A DNA stretch of 34,736 nt from a virus (lineage: Duplodnaviria; Caudoviricetes), in IMG/VR virus record IMGVR_UViG_3300031701_000006, positions 1 through 34,736 of that record. One strand, 5' to 3'. Positions 17,980-26,316 of the stretch are shown in pieces (positions within the stretch are counted from its first letter, which is position 1; each line of letters begins with the position of its first letter). Made by a program: the position numbers and the translations under genes. The notes under the pieces were generated by a model that was given only the letters and a program-made list of their open reading frames with translations, was not told the DNA's origin and searched no databases.

Positions 17980-18632
17980 GGCACGGTCTGGAATAATTCG
18001 CTGTCGGTAGGCAGGTTGAGTGTTATATCGTCGGGCGGAGTGTTCTTGACCCCAAACTTGATCTGACCCACCGTGCCGATGTCTGCCCGCGACACGACCT
18101 CGTCAATGTTCAAGTCATATCCAAGATAAGCGCCAGCCATTACACGCTCACCCTTCAGGAGAGTCAGGTCGGAAAATTCTTCACGCAATGAAGATGGTTG
18201 GATACCAGCGTTCCAAGTACTCAGGGGATCGGTTGCTTTCAAACAGGGTCGATCAAGTAGGGCAGAACGGATAACGGTTGTTAGGCGGTCACGCATGAGG
18301 GTGGTCGCCTCGGATCCCGCTGTTCGAACCCACGCATAGGTGCGCATGGCGTAGGTCATCCGATACACCGGATCCACACCCGACGGTCCACCGTTGCCAA
18401 TCTGCTCCATGTTGCTTGTAGAAATTGCCACCGTTATGACAGTGGGCCAAGCATCAATCGCAATCGGCTCATAACTGAGAAATTTCGTCGGAACCGGCAA
18501 CTCAGAGTCATCTATCTGCCAACCGTTACGATATTCGATTAGACGGGTGGGCAGATCAACCGTCAGGAAAGCCGTAACGTACTCTTTGGCAAATTGACTG
18601 CCGTGCATCAGTGCGTATGAAGTGGTTGCCAT
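17976..18632 (-). CDS. Tail terminator/completion-like protein
   Basis: Follows the virion morphogenesis gene. WPTVITVA and YAMRTYAWVR...RDRLTTVIRSALL pattern. Confidence 0.55.
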   Translation of the reverse strand: MATTSYALMHGSQFAKEYVTAFLTVDLPTRLIEYRNGWQIDDSELPVPTKFLSYEPIAIDAWPTVITVAISTSNMEQIGNGGPSGVDPVYRMTYAMRTYAWVRTAGSEATTLMRDRLTTVIRSALLDRPCLKATDPLSTWNAGIQPSSLREEFSDLTLLKGERVMAGAYLGYDLNIDEVVSRADIGTVGQIKFGVKNTPPDDITLNLPTDSELFQTVP

Positions 18633-19105
18633 CAGAACCTCTTCGTTTCGTGGCCCGTGTTGACATGCTCGGCCATCATCTCAGCCCAACGTTTGGCTGC
18701 CCCAACAGGTTCGAAAATTATTTCACGTTTAGGCATCTTGGAAGTTCCGTACTGATGAAACTTCGCATAGTGAATGTCAGGCAAGGAGAACCGAACTGAA
18801 TTGCGATCCATTTCCACATTGGCCGAATTTATAGATGCAACACTACGAAATAGCATGCCCGTCTGGACCATTGGTGGAGCCCCAGGAAAGCGAGTGGTCT
18901 TCCACGACGCATATTCTGCCGTCAGCGGAGCCCAACCACCCACCGCGAGACCATGGGTCGTGAAATTGTCACTCCACGCTGCCCGCAACTCCTCTCGGAT
19001 CTTCCGAAAGATCGGCTTGAAATTCTCAGCGCGGTGTTGCATGCCATCGATCTCGTCATGCATCCCCTGATTGTCGAAATCTACATTGAGTTTGATGCGA
19101 GCCAT
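18632..19105 (-). CDS. Phage virion morphogenesis protein (Mu gpG / P2 gpS-like)
   Basis: NF...G...GGWAPLT..Y...K, MVQTGML.RS and YAKFHQYGTSKMPKREI signature. Confidence 0.85.
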   Translation of the reverse strand: MARIKLNVDFDNQGMHDEIDGMQHRAENFKPIFRKIREELRAAWSDNFTTHGLAVGGWAPLTAEYASWKTTRFPGAPPMVQTGMLFRSVASINSANVEMDRNSVRFSLPDIHYAKFHQYGTSKMPKREIIFEPVGAAKRWAEMMAEHVNTGHETKRF

Positions 19106-19752
19106 TAGGACACGCTCACCCGACGGAACTTCTTAACCGCCAACAGTTCTCTTTCCATGAACCCGGTTTCCATTGTGGCGACGTTGCGTGGCTCTAAATC
19201 CTTCACACCCACAACGTCATCGTGCATGTTCTGCATCTCCCGGGTGGCCGCGCGCAGAATCATCAACTTAAAGACCTTGATATTTTCCCCCGCCAGACCA
19301 GCGTTATAGGTCACTACGATCTTGTCGTTTGCATAACTGCCGTAGACGTCTACGCCAAAGCGACGAACGACATAGTCTTGGTTCTCAACGAGAGTGCTCG
19401 TTGTGGCACCAACCATTGCTGGAGTCCGCGTAAGGGCCGTAATGGCTGTTACAGGGCTGTTGCGGAGATAAACCGTCGCAGGGGGCTCCGTAAAGATATG
19501 GCTCGCTGCTGTCGCCCCAGCAGACATTTCCGACGAGTCATAGTTGTAGAAGAAGGATCCCATGGGAACGCCGACGTGTTCTGAGGGCATGATGTAGGTT
19601 TCAGTGAATGCCTGATTCTCCACAGGGCGTTTCAAGTAGGTCTCCAGTTCAGACTGAAGGCCATCTAAGACGATTTGACACGCGTCTTCCTGCGTGAGGG
19701 ACAAAGAAATGTCCATAAAGGTCTTAACGTCAGAAATCGTAACCAGGGCCAT
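19105..19752 (-). CDS. Head-tail connector/adaptor protein
   Basis: MALVTISDVKTFM, LETYLKRP, VYLRNSPVTAI and IVVTYNAG are gp6/gp15-type adaptor motifs. GGAGG SD. Confidence 0.8.
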   Translation of the reverse strand: MALVTISDVKTFMDISLSLTQEDACQIVLDGLQSELETYLKRPVENQAFTETYIMPSEHVGVPMGSFFYNYDSSEMSAGATAASHIFTEPPATVYLRNSPVTAITALTRTPAMVGATTSTLVENQDYVVRRFGVDVYGSYANDKIVVTYNAGLAGENIKVFKLMILRAATREMQNMHDDVVGVKDLEPRNVATMETGFMERELLAVKKFRRVSVS

Positions 19753-19777
19753 TTATCCAGCCTCCCCGAAAGGTGGA

Positions 19778-19921
19778 CTAGCGGCGGCCTCGACGAACGC
19801 GCCCACCCGTTATGCCGCCGGTACCGAAGAGTCGACGTGCACCTCGAAGTGCACGACCGAGGACCTGACGGACTCGTCCAGGCCGTGCGCGCTCTTCATC
19901 ACCAATGTCACTTTGAGGCAT
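19778..19921 (-). CDS. 47-aa Arg/Gly-rich basic peptide (not in ORF track)
   Basis: GGAG-N7-ATG. MPQSDIGDEERARPGRVRQVLGRALRGARRLFGTGGITGGRVRRGRR (13 R, 10 G). Fills the gap exactly. Confidence 0.7.
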   Translation of the reverse strand: MPQSDIGDEERARPGRVRQVLGRALRGARRLFGTGGITGGRVRRGRR

Positions 19922-19926
19922 AACAC

Positions 19927-19971
19927 CACTCCAGTCGGATAGAAACCCACCTGTAGTTTAGCACTGGAGCG
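19927..19971 (-). promoter_or_regulatory. Extended -10 TGC-TAAACT (-10 at 19960-19955) enclosed by a 9-bp anti-SD stem
   Basis: mRNA CGCUCCAGU (19971-19963) pairs with ACUGGAGUG (19935-19927), which contains the SD GGAG. One G.U pair on the coding strand. Confidence 0.65.
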
Positions 19972-19982
19972 CCTTATAGAGT

Positions 19983-20546
19983 TTAGCGATCAGGGTTAGG
20001 GGGCTTCTCGATAACGATTTCCTCTGCCACTTGGTGCTTGCGTGCCAACTCGCTATCCGTTGACCCCGGGGGTGCCTCAACTGGCACCCAGGCTCGGGAA
20101 TAGTTGTGGTCAGCGACCTTGCGGCGCTTAATGATCGAACCATCCAACATTAATTCCAACTCGTCAAACTTCATTGCGAAGTGATCGTTGAAGTCGGTCG
20201 AAGTCATCTCCGCTGCCCGCTCCAAGGTTTTGATCAATTTTGACAACTTGTGGGCCACGAGTGTCCCCCGGCCACGATTGAGTTGAATATGAAGCACCAT
20301 CGATTCCGTCGTGCCGCAGTCGACCCACACCACGGGAACCGTGCTTCCAGGATCCCCTGCTGAAACAAGCCGTAGACGATGTCCACCGTCGATGACGTTG
20401 GCTCCCTCGCGCTGGACGACCAGTGGTGACAGAATCCCGTACTTCGAAACCGACTTTGCCAATACCGAAAGATCCGGCTTCAGGATATAGGTAGCGTGCC
20501 AGTCGGGAATGTTGAGTGACTCACACTCAACTTGTTCAATTTCCAT
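19983..20546 (-). CDS. ParB/Srx-domain protein, IbrB-like
   Basis: LAKSVSKYGILSPLVV...VIDGGHRLR and SMVLHIQLNRGRG, resembling the IbrB 'TIRHNRARG' motif. Adjacent to the IbrA-like gene. Confidence 0.8.
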   Translation of the reverse strand: MEIEQVECESLNIPDWHATYILKPDLSVLAKSVSKYGILSPLVVQREGANVIDGGHRLRLVSAGDPGSTVPVVWVDCGTTESMVLHIQLNRGRGTLVAHKLSKLIKTLERAAEMTSTDFNDHFAMKFDELELMLDGSIIKRRKVADHNYSRAWVPVEAPPGSTDSELARKHQVAEEIVIEKPPNPDR

Positions 20547-21666
20547 TTTCTATCTCTTTCATGCGCAGAGTGTGTGCTCTGGTCTTCGGACCGACCGGAG
20601 TTACGGAGGCTGCACGGTTGATTTCCTTAAGGAACATGTGTCGTATCAGGTTCTCGAACGGGTACGAGTGGGGGTCCCTAGCATGCTTCTTTCGAAATTC
20701 TGCCACGAACGCTTTAGCCCGCTGGGACTTGACGGGACCAATCATGTAAACCTTGATGAAATCCGACAATCCCTCCCAGCCGGCCCGTGCGTAGGCTGCT
20801 ATGAACTTCTCGACATCGAAGTCCTTCCACCAACGACGCTGGGCGTCGATCTGAGGAAAGCATTCGTACAGTCGATCGTAGAAATCCGGCTCCGTAGCAA
20901 CCACATCTCCGATGCGTCGGATCGCGACAGAGTGGAGCGGTATCCCAACGCGAGTGTTCGAGCCGGTCATTGCCGCCCTGTCGTAATACTCACAGTAGGG
21001 GGCATTGTGTTCTTCGGTAATAAACTTGAAAACGTCATTGACGTTCCAGTCGTAAATTATCTTGGCGAACTTCAGCGGCACACTCTTACTCAACTTGTAG
21101 GGATGGTTGATGTAGTTCTCATGCAACTTCTGAACCACGGACCGATACCGCACCATCGATTCGGCTGCTCGCACACCTGTGATGAAAGCGACACTACCCG
21201 TTTTACCTTGCATGGTGTAATAGTCAATGGACTTGGGCAAGGTTTCGGAATGGTCGAGTCCGAAGTGATAACCGGTTATCGCCCATTCTGGGATTTCTCG
21301 AACTAGCCGTCCTTCTTTGAGCCGCTTCTCGCCCCACAGGATTACCGTTTGACGCCTACCTAGAACCCAAACCTCGGCACCACTGGGGAGGCAGTACCAC
21401 TCCATGTCAACCCAATCAAAGTTTCTGACGAGATTGATGTACTCCAGGACGAGAGGACTAACCATCTCTTCGTCTCGAAAGATGACTTTGACCGGTCCCA
21501 GTCCACGTTCTTCGTGGATCTCTTTTGCTAGATACAAAACAGCAGTGCTGTCTTTGCCTCCAGAGAACTGAACGCAAACCGTGTCGAAGGTGTCATAAAC
21601 GTGACGGATTCTTTGACGAGCCGCATCGACACACGAGATGTCGAGAAACATTCGTTGGCGACTCAT
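20536..21666 (-). CDS. PAPS-reductase-like PP-loop protein (IbrA/DndC-like)
   Basis: PP-loop FSGGKDS, then F.DEE, WYCLP, GVRAAESMVRY, IYDWNVNDVF and YYD...RVGIP. Confidence 0.85.
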   Translation of the reverse strand: MSRQRMFLDISCVDAARQRIRHVYDTFDTVCVQFSGGKDSTAVLYLAKEIHEERGLGPVKVIFRDEEMVSPLVLEYINLVRNFDWVDMEWYCLPSGAEVWVLGRRQTVILWGEKRLKEGRLVREIPEWAITGYHFGLDHSETLPKSIDYYTMQGKTGSVAFITGVRAAESMVRYRSVVQKLHENYINHPYKLSKSVPLKFAKIIYDWNVNDVFKFITEEHNAPYCEYYDRAAMTGSNTRVGIPLHSVAIRRIGDVVATEPDFYDRLYECFPQIDAQRRWWKDFDVEKFIAAYARAGWEGLSDFIKVYMIGPVKSQRAKAFVAEFRKKHARDPHSYPFENLIRHMFLKEINRAASVTPVGPKTRAHTLRMKEIENGN

Positions 21667-22442
21667 ACCTCTGAATGGGCGTCGATGTAGGACACCAGTT
21701 TCTCGCCAGTCGTACTTCCCTCGTAGCCGGCGTCGCTACGGAGCCAACGTATGAAATCGTACCAACGCTTCTGTTGGGCCGGATCATCAAAGACAATCGT
21801 GTATTGAACCACGGCGCGCGGTGCGGCCCCCGGCACAATCGCCGTGCTTCCTTGAACGGCGATATCTTCGTGGTCAACCGAGTCGTCAGCAACGATTCTG
21901 AGCGTCCCGTCTTCGTCTTCCCTCACCATTCCAGCGATGGTTTCAGCAGCCTTTCCGGCCAGTTCCGTTAACATCGGACGGATGAATCCCCCCTCGTCCA
22001 CTTCGGTGGGAGAGACAATCTGTTCTTCGTAGTAGGCGATCTCGAAATCATCCCACTGGAGGCTGTCCATCAGGTCGCCGTAGTCGTCGACAATTTCAAG
22101 GATCATCTGCGATGCTTCGGCTGAATCCGTATATCCCAATTCCATGGTTCGGTTGTCTGCAAGGGCGAATGCAACCGCCCGCTTGTCGTCCGCATCGATC
22201 GGCACGGCGGCAATGTGCGTCCATCCGAGACGCCTGACTGCTTCAACCTGGTGGTTCCCGGCAATTACGGTTGACGTGCCGTCTTCGTTCGGCCTCACCA
22301 CAATTGGTTTAACCTGACCAAATTCCTCATAGGAAGCCATGATCGCCGGAATATTGCCGACTCGCGGATTGTGTTCCAAGGCGGTCAGTACGTCAAGCGG
22401 CGTAAGCAAGGCGCTCAGTGACTCGTTGACATTGTGTTCCAT
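21663..22442 (-). CDS. ParB N-terminal-domain protein
   Basis: NPRVGN...SYEEFGQVKPIVV...VIAGNHQVEA.RRLGWT.I and AFALADNRT.EL. Confidence 0.85.
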   Translation of the reverse strand: MEHNVNESLSALLTPLDVLTALEHNPRVGNIPAIMASYEEFGQVKPIVVRPNEDGTSTVIAGNHQVEAVRRLGWTHIAAVPIDADDKRAVAFALADNRTMELGYTDSAEASQMILEIVDDYGDLMDSLQWDDFEIAYYEEQIVSPTEVDEGGFIRPMLTELAGKAAETIAGMVREDEDGTLRIVADDSVDHEDIAVQGSTAIVPGAAPRAVVQYTIVFDDPAQQKRWYDFIRWLRSDAGYEGSTTGEKLVSYIDAHSEV

Positions 22443-22789
22443 TACGGACCTACTTGGAATCTGACGTTGGCGTTGAGTGTTCGCATGGCATCGATCGAGG
22501 TTCGTAACGATAGCAACTTTTCACGCTTTGCCTTGACGAGAGCCTCGGCACATTTAAAATCAAACTGCGTGTCCGCCAACTTATAGTCGGCCCACGACTC
22601 TCGTTCCTTGATCGACCCCTTGGCAGACAGGTATTCCTTGGCCCAACTACCCTTATAGCGCGACTCTTTCTTTGCAGCATCTTCCGCCAACTGCTCGAAG
22701 GCTTCCGTTTCGCTCTCTAACGATTCGATCAGGTACATGAGTTGATTCTCAATGTCGACCTGACTAATCGGCTGTGATCGATTCACCAT
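22442..22789 (-). CDS. Coiled-coil protein, possibly UvsY-like recombination mediator
   Basis: All-helical 115 aa (GSIKERESWAD...L.SLRT.IDAMRTLNAN.R) within the recombination block. Confidence 0.45.
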   Translation of the reverse strand: MVNRSQPISQVDIENQLMYLIESLESETEAFEQLAEDAAKKESRYKGSWAKEYLSAKGSIKERESWADYKLADTQFDFKCAEALVKAKREKLLSLRTSIDAMRTLNANVRFQVGP

Positions 22790-23315
22790 TCTCCATTCCC
22801 GCCATCATCAGTAATGGCTCCCAATCAATACCATCAAGAGCCTTGCGGTTTTCCGCTGGCCATTCGTACTGACTCTGGCCAAGACATTCGAGACCCATTT
22901 CATGAAGCACCCAAGCATCGATGCGATCCTCAATGCCCTTACCCGACCATGACCTGTTGGTTCTGAACGACACCGCCGAAACAACCTCAGCCTTGCCGGC
23001 GTTTCCGCGACCAGTAGCGAACTTGGCTCGCGAAGTAGGAGGCACGAGCACATAGGGAATCCATGCTTCGTTGAACGCCACCTTCAGCACCCCACCGAGT
23101 TCCCCCAAGGCGTGCGCTCGAGTACGCGACCCGTAAGAGTAGCCCTCCATGATCACGCACTTAACATCGTTCTCAAGACACATCCGCAAGACATAGTCAC
23201 GGATCTCTACCAGCCGTGGTGCGTCTTCTTCATAGGAGTGATACGCGACACAGTGGTTGTCGCCAACGCATATTCCCGTTGAGGTGAGGGATGGATCAAG
23301 CCCAAGAAGATTCAT
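22764..23315 (-). CDS. RuvC-like Holliday junction resolvase
   Basis: LGLDPSLTSTG, IMEGYSYG, ELGGVLK, VPPTSRAKFATGRGNAGK and DRIDAWVL. Start taken at the ATGA overlap (23315). Confidence 0.85.
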   Translation of the reverse strand: MNLLGLDPSLTSTGICVGDNHCVAYHSYEEDAPRLVEIRDYVLRMCLENDVKCVIMEGYSYGSRTRAHALGELGGVLKVAFNEAWIPYVLVPPTSRAKFATGRGNAGKAEVVSAVSFRTNRSWSGKGIEDRIDAWVLHEMGLECLGQSQYEWPAENRKALDGIDWEPLLMMAGMENGESITAD

Positions 23316-23614
23316 TGCATCCAACTCCTCTTGGCCAGACCCAAGTCCACAGACAATTGCGGCTCCCGACCGATTCGGTCATGACACCGGCGGCAAACTG
23401 CCATGCAGTTGCTTTCATCAAGAATCGATCCGCCCTGGGAACGTCGCTTCAACTCGTGGATGTCGACGCTCCCACTTCTGACGTAGGACCCTCTGCCATC
23501 ATGCGATGCCCATATCGGACAGGCTTCACAATAGGGACGTTCTTCCAGCATTCGCTTGACAAGTTTGCGGCGCTCGACATATTCACGCTGCTTCTTCTTG
23601 CTACGACTGCGCAT
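23312..23614 (-). CDS. HNH endonuclease
   Basis: CEAC...DIHE...RSQGGS...SNCMAVCRRCHDRI. Confidence 0.85.
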   Translation of the reverse strand: MRSRSKKKQREYVERRKLVKRMLEERPYCEACPIWASHDGRGSYVRSGSVDIHELKRRSQGGSILDESNCMAVCRRCHDRIGREPQLSVDLGLAKRSWMQ

Positions 23615-23620
23615 GGTTGG

Positions 23621-23626
23621 ATCCTA
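23621..23626 (-). promoter_or_regulatory. -10 box TAGGAT of a probable leaderless transcript
   Basis: TAGGAT-CCAACC-ATG. Confidence 0.5.
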
Positions 23627-23632
23627 CTCTCA

Positions 23633-24145
23633 TCAAAGGGCCAGAGAATCGACTCTGTCGAATTCCCATTTGTTGTCGAGGGTTGCCCACAACGCCCGAT
23701 CAACCGCAGTGTCTTCCAGGTCGAAATCATTAAGCATGTTCCTGTGGGTGCTGATCGCTCGACGGTAGAAGTCCACCGTCTCCCACGGATTCTCGTCTAT
23801 AGGCTCGCCGGAGTCGACCATGGACGCGACTTGGTCCAACCGACGGTCGACATGAAATTTGAATCGCTCGACTCGAGTCTTCTTACTACCGTAAGCACGC
23901 TCGGCCTCATCAGCCAGTCGCTTGCCCTGTCGTCCCATTGCTCCGTATCGAACTGAATCAGTCTCAGCGTCTAATACGACATTTTCGATCTGTTCTTCAA
24001 GGTTTTGGACGAGAGCCAACAGGGCCCGCTTCCAGCGATCCCAATTGTCTGGTTCCAGAAGGGTGCTGCGTTGCTGTATGGAGGCACGATTCTTCACATC
24101 GTCAGCAACCATCCTGGCAAAAAACTCATCAGGTATGCGACCCAT
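23633..24145 (-). CDS. Hypothetical helical protein
   Basis: ORF with a GAGGGG SD before ATG 24145. No recognisable motif. Confidence 0.7.
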   Translation of the reverse strand: MGRIPDEFFARMVADDVKNRASIQQRSTLLEPDNWDRWKRALLALVQNLEEQIENVVLDAETDSVRYGAMGRQGKRLADEAERAYGSKKTRVERFKFHVDRRLDQVASMVDSGEPIDENPWETVDFYRRAISTHRNMLNDFDLEDTAVDRALWATLDNKWEFDRVDSLAL

Positions 24146-24156
24146 CTGGTTCCCCT

Positions 24157-24921
24157 CTAAATCCACTCTGGACAGATCCCCTTGTAACTACACCAACCAC
24201 ACAGAACCGACTTCTGTGCTGGAAAGTCATCGGTTTCACAGGCGTGATCTAAATCCCGCTTGACGTCCTCAATGTATTGAGTTGTTTCCGCTACGTCAGT
24301 AGGACCAAATGGAACCTCATGCTTGATCCCATCTTTCAAATACAACAGTTCCAGACTGGCGGTTTGCCCGATCCCCAATATGTCGATAAGCGTGCCGTAG
24401 ATACGAAGTTGCAGGAATCGCTGGTCCACATATTCGGCGCGTGGCACCTTGCCGGTCTTGTAGTCGGAAATGACAACCCCGCCATCCTCATTCAGCGTGA
24501 AGCGATCGATGAATCCTTTGATGGTTATACCCGACACTTCACCGTTGAGTTCGAACTCAATTCCGTCGGGCTCGATCCCTTCCGGGTCTTCAATTTTCCA
24601 CAAATTCTCGATACACCACCAGGCCTTCCAGCGGAACAGCCGGTATTCCTCTGCATCCGGAACGAGTGGCTTCACCCTTTCCTCCCAGTTGCCGCTGCTC
24701 CACATCTCCCCAGCCAGAGTCTTGGCCCGAGCCTGCGTGCGATCGATGGGCTCTACCTTGTACAACTCTTCAAGAACGTCGTGAACAAAGTTCCCCATCA
24801 GCGCCTCTTTACCCGAGGGGTCGGGAATCTTGTCGATCTTGTTGTACTTGAACTTGAGCGGACACTGACGGAAGGTCCCCATAGACGAGGGCGACAGGTG
24901 AGGGGGCGGTACGGCTGTCAT
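24157..24921 (-). CDS. PD-(D/E)XK RecB/AddB/Cas4-like exonuclease with 4-Cys (Fe-S) motif
   Basis: LSPSS..TFRQCP, GNFVHDVLE, GFIDR, DYKTGK, QLRIY and CGWCSYKGICP. Start at the ATGA overlap 24921. Confidence 0.88.
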   Translation of the reverse strand: MTAVPPPHLSPSSMGTFRQCPLKFKYNKIDKIPDPSGKEALMGNFVHDVLEELYKVEPIDRTQARAKTLAGEMWSSGNWEERVKPLVPDAEEYRLFRWKAWWCIENLWKIEDPEGIEPDGIEFELNGEVSGITIKGFIDRFTLNEDGGVVISDYKTGKVPRAEYVDQRFLQLRIYGTLIDILGIGQTASLELLYLKDGIKHEVPFGPTDVAETTQYIEDVKRDLDHACETDDFPAQKSVLCGWCSYKGICPEWI

Positions 24922-25406
24922 ACCAAATACCCGTGAGTCAGACTGAAACCAGCAGGTCCCGGTGCGGCGGGCACGCCCAGAGTCGAACCGGGACACTCGT
25001 TTACGTCGATCGGTGCGATGGTCTCAACCACCTTAAACATCTCGGCTCCATCGATCAGGGCTTGAAGGTCCGCCTTGGAGTCGAGCATCCTTGGAGTGAT
25101 CTTGTTGCCGTCAGTCGGGAGGGCGTCAGCAATGTTCTGCATCGCTACCTGCGTTTCCCGTTCCACAAGAGCAGTGCCACGGATGGCAGAATCACAAATC
25201 TCCATTCGTAGGTCAATCGTTAGAATCCCGCCGTCCAAACTGACTGCCGAATCAGCGATCATGGCAAAATCTTGATAATCAAGTTCTGCCTGTTTGACAA
25301 ACGCCTTACGCTCAAGACCCGCAACCGGAGGCATGTTGCGGTTGCGTACCGCTTTGGCCCGCTCATAAAATCGCTGAACCATTGCCGCTGTATCTAAGGT
25401 ATCCAC
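24918..25406 (-). CDS. Hypothetical protein (162 aa)
   Basis: GTG start with AAGGTGAG SD, in the operon. N-terminal part AMVQRFYERAKAVR.R.MPPVAG.ER..F..QA.LDYQDFAMIAD. Confidence 0.7.
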   Translation of the reverse strand: MDTLDTAAMVQRFYERAKAVRNRNMPPVAGLERKAFVKQAELDYQDFAMIADSAVSLDGGILTIDLRMEICDSAIRGTALVERETQVAMQNIADALPTDGNKITPRMLDSKADLQALIDGAEMFKVVETIAPIDVNECPGSTLGVPAAPGPAGFSLTHGYLV

Positions 25407-25422
25407 TTGTACTCACCTTCCT

Positions 25423-25536
25423 TTATTTAGATTTGGATTCTTCTTTCTTCTTCATTCTCTCGGCTTCCTCGTCCCGGAGGCGAAGAAGTTCTTTGCGGGT
25501 AAACGTGTCTTCGTGTGTTTGCATGATGGTTCCCAT
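25423..25536 (-). CDS. 37-aa charged peptide (not in ORF track)
   Basis: TAATG coupling with the upstream ORF. MGTIMQTHEDTFTRKELLRLRDEEAERMKKKEESKSK. Confidence 0.5.
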   Translation of the reverse strand: MGTIMQTHEDTFTRKELLRLRDEEAERMKKKEESKSK

Positions 25537-25688
25537 TATTTGACTCGGTCTGCTTTCTCGTGAATCTGGGTGTTACACATATTGCACAATCCCTCGTACC
25601 AGTCGGCTGCATTGCCGCTCATAAAATGGCGGATGCACGAGGGACACTTCCAGTACCCATCTTTAGCACAAGACTTAGGTCGTGACAA
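25536..25688 (-). CDS. 50-aa zinc-ribbon-like protein (not in ORF track)
   Basis: TTG start overlapping the annealase end. MSRPKSCAKDGYWKCPSCIRHFMSGNAADWYEGLCNMCNTQIHEKADRVK (CxxC...CxxC). Confidence 0.55.
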   Translation of the reverse strand: MSRPKSCAKDGYWKCPSCIRHFMSGNAADWYEGLCNMCNTQIHEKADRVK

Positions 25689-26316
25689 CTTCAACCCCTA
25701 GGTCAATCTGTACGCACTTTTCGAGCAACGCAGTTAAGTCCTCAACGGTGGCAGAGGCCACGGTGGGCTTTTCTCGGCCACCCCCGTACTCCGTCCAGAA
25801 CTCCCCCAACGCAGCCTTCTGTTCCGGGTTGAACTTGTTGGTAAAGCCCTTGAAGTTGCCCCACAACGCTGCGACCTCAATCTCGGCATCCGTCTGAGGT
25901 TCCTGCTGCTCGTGGAGCAGGGCTTCTTCGGAGCGAGCGAGGTAGAGGCCGACACCCATTGCCTGAGCGGCCTTTTTCAGGGCGTCACTAACCGCCCCCT
26001 TGAACTCGTTCCCAAGGTCGACCGGCTTTTCGCCACCCTTCATGTACTTGACTTCCTGACCACCGAAGCCATCCCTGTGCACGGTCTGCTTGTCAACGGT
26101 GGCGGTGAGGGTGACGTGGGCGATGATCCAGTCCGGTGCAACCGCATCGCGGTGGCAATCCTTGACGGCATAGGACCAACCGTCGACCCCCAACACGTTG
26201 TTGAGGCGAGTGATTACCTCGCTGACTGGGATGTAGGTCAATGATGTTCCGCCCTTGCGGAGAGCCCGCTCGACCTCCTTAGGAAACGGCTCGGAAAGTC
26301 GCTCAAGTTGGCTCAT
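25675..26316 (-). CDS. Rad52/Rad22-family single-strand annealing protein (Sak-like)
   Basis: L.EPFP, LTYI....VITRLNNVLG..GWS and KGAVSDALKKAAQAMGVGLYL. Confidence 0.88.
   Translation of the reverse strand: MSQLERLSEPFPKEVERALRKGGTSLTYIPVSEVITRLNNVLGVDGWSYAVKDCHRDAVAPDWIIAHVTLTATVDKQTVHRDGFGGQEVKYMKGGEKPVDLGNEFKGAVSDALKKAAQAMGVGLYLARSEEALLHEQQEPQTDAEIEVAALWGNFKGFTNKFNPEQKAALGEFWTEYGGGREKPTVASATVEDLTALLEKCVQIDLGVEVVTT

Noticed and set aside
20536-21666. Auxiliary metabolic gene cysH (sulfate assimilation)
   Set aside because: The length, IbrA-type motifs and coupling to ParB/IbrB-like genes fit the non-metabolic PP-loop subfamily. The C-terminal ECGLH motif of CysH is absent.
24157-24921. 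Cas4-like nuclease suggesting a CRISPR-Cas locus
   Set aside because: There is no repeat-spacer array or other cas gene. The context is a phage recombination module.
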